From NCBI GenBank assembly GCA_030390025.1, contig CM059432.1, forward strand, positions 100,194,001 to 100,258,000: a stretch of 64,000 bases of DNA, in the 5' to 3' direction. The notes beneath the pieces were generated by a model. The model did no database searches, was not told where the DNA came from, and saw nothing but the letters and a program-made list of their open reading frames with translations. Each line of letters starts with the position of its first letter. Positions within the stretch are counted from its first letter, which is position 1. Positions 13,273 through 24,441 of the stretch are shown one piece after another. Origin of the DNA: Squalus acanthias (Eukaryota). Position numbers and translations under genes: made by a program.

Positions 13273-14508
13273 CTAGAGAGTGCCACAGCTGACACAGGAG
13301 CTGGAAATGGAGCCACTCCTTTTTAACTGCTGGCCCACTCCATTCCCACCCAGTGGGGAAAGAGTTACAATTGCCCTCTAGACATGTACCACTACACAGT
13401 AAGTAAAAGAGAAAATGTGGGAAAGTCTCAAATGCAAGTTGGTTTCATCACTGACTCTAAGGTTCTGACTGAAAACAACACAATACAAAGGAAATCTTAT
13501 GACTCAAGGCTAAGTAGAATGTTTTTGGATTATTTTAATTTTAACTTACATTAATGAATCAACAGTTATTACTTGAACTGTGACTGGGGGGGGGTGGGGT
13601 GATATTTTTCCAAGAATAACAGCAAACCAATGTGCTGGCATGTAACCTCCCCTCCTTTGAATCTGAGCCATTGTTTTATCCTGTACTCTTGCATTGGTGT
13701 CTGCTCTATCAGCCACTACACTCCTGGCCTTTGGAATCCCTTCTTTAGTTTCCACCGCCTTATCACCTCCCTCCTTGTTTTCAAGCACCTTCTAGAAATC
13801 CTTCTATTTGACCTTGTTTTAAGCTCTTTTGTGTCCTACCAGGCATCTACTATTTCTGTCCCCAGAATTCAAGATATTGTCCTCTACGTGAAGAGATCCT
13901 TTGAATGTAAGTTTTTGTTGCATTGGTGACTGTGAGCTGAGAAGAGAGGAGAAAAATATCATATTCCATAAGTGATCAAAAACAAATGAGGGAAATTAAA
14001 ATGGGTCCAACATAATGGGAGAAATGTTTTAATGTTTGCAAAGGAGGTGGATTGATCTGCTTATTAGCTTGCCAAAAATGGGACAGTAACTTGCCCTTAG
14101 CAACTTAGCAAGGGAAGTACTTTAGTATGCCTCTAAAATGTGTTCTTATGCACTGTCAATGTCACATAATATTACCTGTATTTTCTATCGCTATAAGTAT
14201 GGGTTAGATTCTCTGCCCACCCATAGTCAATTGTTAGCAGTCTGCACAGAGCGGGATTAAACGGAGTGGACTTGAACAGAGTGCTTTGTTTGGGAATTTG
14301 GAAAGAGTGGGAATTTGGAGAAGAGAGGGAAGGAGTTGTTGCTTTTTGCCTACACTACTTGTAGTGCATTGTGTTACAGGTAGATATTTAATTTCAGTAC
14401 CCTTAACTTAAGCTAAATCAAGTAAGTTGTCAGGAAACGACACTGTAAATTAAGTGACCTAATTACAAATTTAATTACATTTAATTAAATAAATCAAGGT
14501 CATATACG

Positions 14509-15451
14509 GATGGCAGTGCAGGCGGAGTGCCGCAACTGCAGCATGTGGGAGTTTGTGGAGAGCATTGTGATCCCGGACAAAGAACGTTAGCAGTAAGTGC
14601 CTGCATCTTGAGGAACTTCAGCTCCGAGTTTTTGAGCTGGAGTCTGAGGTGCAGACATTGCGGGGCATCAGGGATGGGGAGAGTTACCTGGACACTTTGA
14701 TCCAGGAGGCAGTCACACCACTTAGGTTAGGTAGTGGTACAGGTCTGGTTAGTGGTCAGGGACAGGAGGGTGTGTCTGCAACTCAGGCAGGTAAGGGGAC
14801 CCCAGGTGCAGTGCTGGAGGAGCCTCAGCCTTTGCCCTTGTCCAACAGGTATGAGGTTCTTGCTGCCTGTGTGGATGAGGGAAAAGCCTGCAGAATGGAT
14901 GAGCAGGCTGACCATGGCACCATGGTGCAGGAGGCCATTCAAGTGGGGGGAGTGAAACGGAATGTAGTTGTGGTAGGGGACATTATAGTCAGGGGGATAG
15001 ATACTGTTCTCTGCAGCCGCGACCGAGAGTTCCGAAGGTTGTGTTGCCTGCCTGGTGCCAGGGTTAAAGACATCTCCTCGCAGCTGGAGAAGAACTGGGA
15101 GTTGTCGTGGTCCACATAGGAACCAACAACATAGGTAGAACTAGGAATGAGGTTCTGCTGAGGGAGTTTGAGGAGCTAGGATCCAAATCAAAAAGCAGAA
15201 CCTCAAAGGTAATAATCTCTGGATTGTTACCTGAGCCACGTGCAAATTGGCATAGGGACAAACAGATTAGAGGTTTAAATGCGTGGCTCAAAGAATGGTG
15301 TGGGAGGAAGGGGTTTCGGTTCATGGGGCACTGGTACCAGTACTGGGGAAAGAGGGAGCTGTTCCGCTGGGACAGGCTCCACTTAAACCAGGCTGGAACC
15401 AGTGTCCTGGTGAACCGAATAACTAGGGCAGTAGACAGAGCTTTAAACTAA
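14509..15451 (+). pseudogene. CR1 ORF1: zinc finger/leucine zipper plus SGNH esterase, frameshifted
   Basis: MAVQAECRNCSMWE; LSNRYEVL; VVVGD.IVRG; CCLPGARVKD; VHIGTNN; IISGLLP; DRLHLN. Confidence 0.85.
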
Positions 15452-15653
15452 TGAAGGGGGAGCAGGAGGATTCAGGAAAGAGTAAATTTAAAAGCAGCGA
15501 GAGAAATGTCAAGGCTCTAGAGCAGAGTAAAGTTTGGGGTAAAAATAAGCAGAGTGGGTCAGGAAGGGACAGAACAAGTAACAAAGGTAATAAGGTATCA
15601 GTGACTAAGGTGACATCAGGGAAAAAGAGAAATAAATCAAAGCTAAAGACACT

Positions 15654-16474
15654 GGGCTGGATTTTGAAGTTGGAGTCGGGTTGGGGTCGGGAATCACACA
15701 TTCTGGCTTGTGAACCCGCCTCCATCGAGATGTGGCCAACCCACTGTATTTTCCCTTGATTGACCTTGTTGAGCCCGCCCAGTGGGGGCCACCCGGCAAC
15801 AGGTGACATCACAGACTGACATTTCATCTGTCAAGAGCTTTTGACAGATGAAATATCAGTGTTTGACAGCTCTGTGAAGCTGTCAAACACTCACAATATG
15901 ATTTCTAACTTCAGTCCTTCCTTTCAGGCTGAGTTAGAAATCATTCCAGCACAGAAAACAGAAGGTTGCAGTTTTTGACAGAACCACGGCTTTCCTGCTT
16001 TCTGTGCCGGTGAGATTTCTAACTCCCGAGAACTGAAGGGCTGACACCTGCAGGAGGAAGTTAAGGTAAGTAAAACGTTTTCCAACACTTAGCACTTACC
16101 TTACACACTTACCTCTGCACACATGCACCCATCACTCACCTGCCCACCGGACATATCGACCCCTGCAGACCCATGGCCCGACCCGATAACTTGGAGTGGT
16201 TGCCACCTGTCGGGAAGCCCACACTTTTCTTTTTAAAATAGGGATTATGCAAAAAACTGCCTGTTAACTACCTGTTAACAGGCAGTTAATTGTCACTAAT
16301 CCCTTCCCGCCTCGGGGAGTCGGGTCTCAGACCAGGTCGGGTACCCGCCGCCAGAAAAACTGGCATGGAGGCGGGTTGGAGTCGGGATGGGGTCGGGACC
16401 CCCGAATCTGCAACTTTAACCCCCCCCCCCCCCGCCTCCAAGCCTGACTCCACGGGTCATTGAAAATCCAGCCC
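15654..16474. mobile_element. Harbinger-type MITE with a multi-hairpin interior
   Basis: TIRs gggctggatttt / aaaatccagccc; TSD ACT. Confidence 0.9.
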
Positions 16475-16522
16475 ACTATATCTGAATGAGCGAAGCATTC
16501 ACAACAAAATAGATTAATTAAT

Positions 16523-17228
16523 GGCCCAAAAATTAGTGAGTGAGCCTTCGTGCGAGGGTAAGGCCTTCCCGCGATCTCTCACTGCGCGCTTGCTTTTTCA
16601 GTCCGAGCTCGCACGAACTTGATGTTCTGGACAGCAGCTGTGCAGGGCTTTCGTATCCCACAGGCGTAGTTAATTCGTGCGAGCTGTGGGATCACGTGAC
16701 TCAGTTAGAGCCAATGGCAGCACACCATCTTTCATTCATAGCTTTCACAGCACGGCTGTGAAAGCTATGAATACTATACCCCCCCAAAAGAACAGCTGAA
16801 CCTCAATTAAATTTTTTTAAAACCCATCACATTAATAAAATAAGTATAGTTAAATAAATTAACCATTTTAAACAAAAAATTAAATTTTTGAAAAATTTTT
16901 AAATCTTTTAAAAAGTTATAAAAATAAACTTACCTGTCTTTAAAGTCTCTAAAAAAGATATACCTGTTAAAAAAAATTCAAAATAATACTTAATTAAGTA
17001 CTTACCTTGTTAAAAGAGGGTCTTACACCTCCTTTCTTTATGTCTAAAATGTTCCATGCTTACCTGCGCGTCCAAAGCACTAAGTGCACTGCGTGCGCGC
17101 AGCCTGTGAATTCACCAAGTGCCGGTTTTCAGCGCATGCGCAGTGCATGCAGAAAACCGGCAATTGGAGACAGAATACGTGAGAGTACACAGTGCGTACT
17201 CTCGCGTAGCGGCACTAATTTTTGGGCC
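16523..17228. mobile_element. Harbinger-type MITE (706 bp; sister copy at 57562-58305)
   Basis: Perfect 16-bp TIR ggcccaaaaattagtg; TSD AAT. Confidence 0.92.
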
Positions 17229-18356
17229 AATAGCACAGATAGAAATTAACAGGTTTGATCTAATAGCCATAACGGAGACGTGGTTGCAAAGTGACCAAGT
17301 TTGAGAACTAAATATTCCAGGGTACATAACTTTTAGAAGGGATGGCCAAAATGGAAAAGGAGGAGGGGTAGCCCTGATAATAAAGGATGGGATAAAGACA
17401 GTATAGAGTAAGGATCTTAGCTCTGAAAATCAAGAAGTATAATCAGTTTGGGTGAAGCTAAGAAACAGCAAGGGGCAGAAAACATTGGTGGAAGTTATTT
17501 ATAGACCCCCAAACAGTAGTTGTAATGTAGGGCAGAGTATAAATCAGGAAATTAGAGGTGCATGTAACAAGGGTAATACAGTAATCATGGGGGACTTTAA
17601 TCTACATATAGACTGGGCAAACCAAATTTGCAATAATAGTGTGGAGGACAAATTCATGGAATCTATGCAAGATAGTTTGCTAGATCAGTATGTTGAGGAA
17701 CCAACTAGGGAACGGGCTATTTTAGATCTGGAATTGTGCAACGAGAAAGTGTTAATTAATAAACTTGTAGTAAAGGGGCCTTTAGGGAAGAGTGACCATA
17801 ATACGATAGAATTTTATATTGAGTTTGAAAGTGACTTCGTTGAATCCGAAACTAGGGTCTTGAATCTAAACAAAGCAAACTACGTAGGTATGAGGGGCGA
17901 GTTGGCTAAGGTAGATTGGGAAACTACATTAAAAGGTATGACAGTGGACGAGCAATGGCTAGCATGTAAAGAATTAATACATAATTTACAAGAAATATAC
18001 ATTCCTTTAAGGCACAAAAACCCCACAGGAACAGTGGACCAAACGTGGCTAACAAGAGAAGTTAAAAATAGTATTAGATCAGAGGAAGAGATTTATAATG
18101 CTGCAAAAAAGAGTAGTAAGCCTGAGGATTGGGAGGATTTTAGAATTCAGCAAAGGAGAACCAAGAAATTGATAAAGAAAAGGAAAATAGAATATGAAAG
18201 TAAACTAGCGAGAGACATAAATACAGACTGTAAAAGCTTCTATAGTTATGTAAAAAGGAAAAGATTAGAGAAAGTAAATGTGGGTCCCTTACAGGCTGAG
18301 ACAGGAGAAATTATAATGGGAATAAGGAAATGGCAGAGAAATTAAATAAATACTTT

Positions 18357-19165
18357 GCCGCGATTTTCTCCTCTGTGTCGGGATGGGTGCGGGTCAGCTG
18401 GTTTCCGTGTTCCAGTCCCGCCCGCAGCTACCTCCACTCCACAGACGTGATTTTCCCTTGATTGGCCTTGTTAAGCCCGCCCTGCGGGCTTGCTGGCCAA
18501 TTAACAGGAAGCGGGTCTGATGACGTCACTTGATGAGGTGTCATCTGCCGGCTTCCTTAAAGGGACCATGCACAATTTTATTTTGACTGTTGATTTTTCA
18601 GTGTTTGACAGCATTGAGGTACTGAAAACACTGACAATCACAGCACAAAGGTGAACTCTTACACCCAGGCTCTCCAATGACCCCCTCCATATGCTGGAAT
18701 CGATGGCAGCTGCAGGTGAGATGACAGAAGCGATCTGTCACTGGTGAGAGAGGTTGTCCCAATGAGGTGGCACTGGACATACAGTTGGATTTAAAAACTT
18801 ATAAGCTAAAGAAATCTGTATATGTATTAAAAATGCAGTAACCAAAATTTTCTTTGCTCTGAAACTCACCATGTGCAACATTGCATCCTTGACACCACTT
18901 CTGCAGCTGTCATCTTTTCACAAACATCAGACCAGACTCACAACACGCCACACTTACCTGGCGTGTTGTCCGGATGTCGTGAAACCTGACCCAGAAGCTG
19001 GAAAATCAAAAAAGACCCTGAATAACTACTGACAAGTAACTTTTAATAGGCAGTTAATTGCTTTTAATCCGTTTACCACCGTTAGGTGTCGGGTCCATTC
19101 GCAAATCGGGGACTCGACACTTGGGAAGGTTGTTTGGAGGCAGGTTGACGGTGGGTTCGGAATAA
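18357..19165. mobile_element. Harbinger-derived non-autonomous element replacing CR1 RT
   Basis: Shares sequence with the MITEs at 15654 and 56752 (ttgattggccttgttaagcccgccc, ggaagcgggtctgatgac); Myb-like start PRLSND.L.ML near 18665. Confidence 0.6.
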
Positions 19166-19894
19166 AGGTTGGCCTTTATTACAGGTGGATTTCAGTATAA
19201 GAGTAAAGACGTCTTACTGCAATTATATAGGGCCCTGGTGAGAACACACCTGGAGTATTGTGTACAGTTTTGGTCTCCTTACCTAAGGAAGGATATACTT
19301 GCCATAGAGGGAGTGCAACGAAGATTCACCAGATTGATTCCTGGGATGGGGGGATTGTCCTATGAGGAGAGATTGAGTAGTCTAGGCCTATATTCTCTAG
19401 AGTTTGAAGAATGAGAGGTGATCTCATTGAAACATACAAATTTCTTACACGACTTGACAGGGTAGATGCAGGGAGGATGTTTCCCCTGGCTGGGGAGTCT
19501 AGAGCAAGGGGTCACGGTCTCAGAATAAGGGGTCGGCCATTTAAGACTGTATGAGGAGAAATTTCTTCACTCAGAAGGTGGTGAATCTTTGGCATTCTCT
19601 ACCCTAGAGAGCTGTGGAGGCTCAGTCGTTGATTATATTCAAGTTGGAGATCGATAGATTTTTGAATATTAAGGGAATCAAGGGATATGGGGATAGTGCA
19701 GGAAAGTGGAGATGAGGCAGAAGATCAGCCATGATCTTGTTGAATGGCGGAGCAGGCTCGAAGGGCCAAATGGCCTACTCCTGCTCTTATTTCTTATGTT
19801 CTTATGTTAGAAAAAGTGGCATATTTCACAAATCAGTAATTTCAGTGCAGTATGCTGAGGTCTCTCTCAATCTTTAAAGTGTGGTAACAATATT

Positions 19895-20715
19895 GGGATG
19901 GATTTTAATGGGGAAGGTGGGCTGGGGGTGCGGGGGGCTCCAAAGGGGGTGGGAAACCCGGGAGAACGGGTTTTCCTGCAGGCCATGCCGACTTTAACGG
20001 CAGGGCCTGATTTTCATGTGAGGCCTCTGTTTCCCACCTGCAGCCAGCCAGATGGAGAGGTTGGCTGGCTCTGGGCGGGTAGGCCTGCGGCACTAGGCCG
20101 CACAGAGGAGGGAGAGAAGGATCAGGTGGGGGCCGGGGTCGGCCTCCGGATCATCGGGGGGGAGGGGGGGTGGAGGAAGATCGGGGCTGGAGGATTGGTG
20201 GGGGGAAGGGAAGCTCGTGGTCAGCCACTGGAGCATCAGCGCCGGCCTCCAGATGATCCGGGGGTGGGGAAGAGAATTTTGTGGCCGGCATCAGGATCAT
20301 CGGGGGAGAGCGATCGGAGGCCTCATGGGGAGATCTCCGATCGCGGAGGGGGGTGGGTTAGGCAGGGACCCTGGATCCAGGAAGTAGGTATAAAGGCACT
20401 TACCTCCTAGATGCAGCAGTCCTCGCCTTGCTGTAACTGCTGGGTTTTAGGAGGTGTGTAAAACCCGACCAGCTACAGTTAAACACTAATGGAGGTTAAG
20501 GAAGAGGCTTCCAGCCTCATTGTAATATTTAAATTGACGTCCGTCCTCCTGGCAGCGGGTTGGCTGCCCGCCCCCGTTCCGGCTCCCATCCTGCCTCCGT
20601 TTAAACCGGAAATGGGCGGGTTGGAGGCGGGTTCAGGTCGGGATTCCAATTTTTTAACAATTTAACGACACCCACGCTCCTAACACACCTGTTTTTTTAG
20701 GCTAAAATTCCCCCC
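19895..20715. mobile_element. Harbinger-type MITE with a GC-rich gatcggg-repeat core
   Basis: Ends gggatggattttaa / ctaaaattcccccc; flanks att/aat. Confidence 0.7.
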
Positions 20716-20774
20716 AATGTATCGCTTCCATTTTGCCAGGGTGAGCATTTACCTCCAGTAATTGTTTAGAATTG

Positions 20775-20910
20775 ATGCGGAGATGCCGGCGTTGGACTGG
20801 GGTGGACAAAAATGAGAGGTCGCACAACACCAGGTTATAGTCCAACAGATTTATTTAAAATTTTAATAAATCTGTTGGACTATAACCTGGTGTTGTGCGA
20901 CCTCTCATTC
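20775..20910. mobile_element. Penelope-like element, fold-back terminal remnant
   Basis: ~50-bp inverted arms; 13-bp TSD TTGTTTAGAATTG; same family as 46409 and 47043. Confidence 0.85.
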
Positions 20911-21625
20911 TTGTTTAGAATTGGTTTAGTTTGATCACATTTGGTTGACTTTGTGAAGTGGACCTCATTCTAGTCACACAATGAGCTTTCAAGTTTTCTG
21001 AATCATGTAGTTGGGCATGGTGTGGCGGGGGGTGGGATGGAAAGAATTATCCACCTAACAGTGAAATCTCTACCTGGTTTCATCAAGGTGGCAAATTAAG
21101 TTTTGGATGATGGCCAGAGATAGCAAAAGTCATTTCACTGAGAGTCACTTCCATTGAAGAATTTCAAATATTTGTAAAGTAAAAGAACTGTTCTTTTTAT
21201 TGTGATAACAATGATGTGTGGCTTATAAATGTGAAACAGAGGGTAGTCATAATTGGGAGCATTTCAAGCTGGTAAGTGATTATGAAGGCCCCTTTCCTGT
21301 TTATCCTACATAATACAATTTATTACTTTTAATTTGAAGTTGCTTAATTTAATGATCTGTTAATTTTTATTGAAATCCTACAAAAAATGCTTGTGCTGTT
21401 TTAAATTGCTTAATTCATAAATTTGGATAGTTCAATTTTATTCAACCAAGAAAACAACTTTGAATTAACAGAAGTAGACTGTAATTAAACATACCATTGC
21501 AGATTTCCCATAGCATTGCTTACGGGGAGTTAGAGATTATGATTTTGCAAAGGGTGCTGGGCCATAACAGTAGGGGAGGAGTACACATCATCATTGATAT
21601 GAGTCTTATGAGTGATATGATCAGA

Positions 21626-22541
21626 GGCCATTATGCCAAAATTAGTAGCGGGTTTTTAAAATAGGCATTAGGCCCCTGATTAACATATTCAAGGGGCCTA
21701 ACAACCGTTTCAGGCTATTGGATGCTTTGAAGTCACCATCTGCCAATTTAGCAGTCGCTGCACTTCCGCGGGAGATCAGGTGTGGGACACTGCCACTTGA
21801 AATGTATCCCCAATGCTCAGTTCTCACCTGACAAACGGGCATGACACTGCCTAATTTCTCCCCCATAATGTTTCCTTACCACTGTAGGTAGACAAATAAA
21901 TGTGTTTCCCTCACATATCACTGTTACATAAATAAAAACAGTGCACATCAAATAGCAGGTTATGGGGGTTAACTTCGGGAACCCAGCGCAGGGTTATTAC
22001 AAATGCTGAGGTCTGAGGAACCCTAGACATTGGGCCTCGGACCTCATTACAATGAAGGCGGTACTGCGGGAGGACGCAGCACCAGGTAAGTAAGTGCTCC
22101 AAATTTGTGGGTGGTTGGGGGTGTTTGTGCTTGCGAGGGTCGGGGAGCATTTGGGGGCCACGGGGGGGCCTGGAGGTCATGGCCAGTGTGGTGGCCAGAG
22201 GGGTCGGGACAAAGGCCTGGAGGTCGGAGGTCGGGCTCTCGGGACCAGGAACAGTGGTGATTGGGATGGTGATTGTGGTAAGTATTTACCTTTTTTTAAT
22301 TTATGCAATGTTTAGGGTTGGTTTTCCCCGAGGCAGCCAGGGCAAACCAATGTTGGAGCAGGGACCTGAAGCAGACATTAGGCCCCTTATTTGCATATGC
22401 AAAGGGGTAATGCCTGGTTCAGGCGTAGGTAAAGGACACCTCTTGTTTGTCCTTACCCAATATGGTGGGTGGGCGCACTTCCTGCACACCATTTTGGGGC
22501 CTTAGGGGGCTGCATAGCACTGGATAAACAATTTAACCCCC
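21626..22541. mobile_element. Degraded Harbinger-type MITE(s)
   Basis: TIR-like ends ctaatttctcccc and caatttaaccccc; GC-rich core with GGTAAG motifs as in the other MITEs. Confidence 0.5.
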
Positions 22542-24129
22542 TATGAGTTTTTATAGCGAAGGCCAAGAACTATAAAATTTTAGTATAAATTAAACAAATT
22601 TGCATCTTTTCTTTACCAAATATCTTGGTAAACACTACTTAGTGCTACTATTATTTCTAATTGAATACACAATTTTAAATTTAGGACTTTTATTCAGAAC
22701 TTGAGAAATATAATTTTCTGCTTCGATTAATTATTTTTTATTCATTGGTTTTGAGCTGTCTCTCAGATATACATAAAGAAAAGAAATGTAGCTGTTGTAT
22801 CCAGAGTACAATACAAAATATAAATAAATTCATCTTGTTAAAACAATTCAAATTGCAAAACTTTATTTGTACACATCTAACGTGCTGCCTTTCCTAAAAA
22901 AAATTCCTTTTTCCCAGCAGAGTTACCTCAGACAAAGTAGTAAAATGAATACTTTACATTGCTTTGTTGTCTTTATACAAAAAATGGCAAGCTTGTAACT
23001 TTCATTATTCCTAAAAAATGGTTTCTCCCAGGATGCATCATTACCTATAACTGCAGAACTTTTTTTTATGATTGACGCCTCTTCTGGCTTCTGCATCACT
23101 GGTTAAGGGGAGGGGCAATCTTATTATCAATTATAAAAACAATCTGAAATTAATAGTCACTGGTGAATCCTTGGAGTTTTAGTCTGCTACCTGTTAAGTG
23201 TCTTCATAAAGTTTAAAGTGTAGTTTTGGGAACTCAGGCCTCCGTTCCTCAAAGAAGCACAGACTCTAATGGAAAACATTCCTACACATATTTCAAGTAG
23301 GCAAAAGGCTGGAATACAAGTAAGTTTTAAAATTTCCTTTCTAAATTGTGTAATTTTATGTTTTTATTATGTTACAAAACTTATTTTCAGCAATAGGTTT
23401 CTACCCTCTCCACATTCCCCTCAGCCAACCCTACTTTCTCTTCAAACCACCCACCTATCTCTCCCCACACCATCCTCCAGGGGTATTCTGACCTCCCTAT
23501 TTGTATCCATTCAAGGCCCATTTGGAACCTAATTCCCATCCCTAGACTATCCCCCCCCCTACCCTACTCATGATATCTAAACTGTTGAAGCCTACACGCC
23601 TCTGCCTCTTTCAATTAGCTGACCCCACAATTCACGATGGGTTTAGCAATACTACCTGAAGGCTGGCAGAACTCCCATTCCGCCTCAAATCTGATGGCGC
23701 AATGGAGTCATTAGCATTTTAGGCCATCAATATTTAATCCTTGCATCATACGTTAACAGATCATTTGTTATTGCCTTGGGCAATTTCAAACCCCTTTTAA
23801 AGGGCCTGCTATTGTGCAGTTCTACCCTCCAAAGCTATATTCATGGCTACCTCGCTTGCCTAGCCTGGACTCCACTGGTAAAGTCTGCATACACTCGTGT
23901 GGAGGTCAGTACACCTCCATTCACTTGGTGTACTGGCTGCCACACAAAAACCAGGTCCCCTTCCAGTTTCAGGAGCAAGAATTCCTGGCTTAGCAAGTTC
24001 TAATCCCTGGCTCCACTTCCTGGCCATCATTTGGATCATGAGGGGCATATGGAGGTTCTGCCAGGACAACCAGGAAACTCCTAGAATTGGCGCAGACCTG
24101 GCTTAACTGTGCCCTTTACAATGGAAATT

Positions 24130-24252
24130 CATATGAGTTATGAGGAGAGGCTCCCGAAGCTGGGAATGTTTACATTGGAGACAAGAAGGCTCAAGGGTGG
24201 TCTTATGAAAGGATACAAGTTCCTAATGGGTACAGATAAACTAGACGTCAAT
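24130..24252 (+). mobile_element. CR1 RT C-terminal fragment
   Basis: MSYEERLPKLGMFTLETRRLKGGLMKGYKFLMG. Confidence 0.7.
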
Positions 24253-24441
24253 GGCCTGCATTTAGCATTAAGAATAACAGTGAGGCTAACAGCGCTCAAC
24301 ATTATTATGGAGCAAATCGGTCAGCAACTTCCGGAGTCTGCACATGCGCACTTAAATGTGGAAAACAGGAAGTTGCTGTCCAATTTACCCTGCTCTTCCA
24401 CAAGCTTTGCTCCACCGGTACCTTGCTGATAGACTCAGCAT

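Larger units (their letters stand above)
10835..13296 (-). mobile_element. DeuSINE (SacSINE1-like tRNA SINE), head split by an insertion at 11291-13272
   Basis: Deu-domain (ggcctcggtttaacgtctcatccgaaagacagcacctc...cagtgcag), L2-type tail gcgctagataaatgcaagtc, B-box near 11245. Confidence 0.85.
10394..13376. mobile_element. Harbinger-type MITE hosting a SINE and a Tx1-like element
   Basis: Ends ggggtctattttaac / gttacaattgccc; flanks cct/tct. Confidence 0.55.
14246..19808 (+). mobile_element. Near full-length CR1 LINE with three MITE-type insertions and most of RT deleted
   Basis: 5' UTR, ORF1, EN (DLIAITETW, IYRPP, MGDFN, LGKSDH), RT C-terminus from 19169, HER1-like tail ending (ttcttatg)n. 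Confidence 0.9.

Noticed and set aside
19898..20410. 170-aa Gly-rich ORF
   Set aside because: GC-rich MITE interior; low complexity, no recognisable domain
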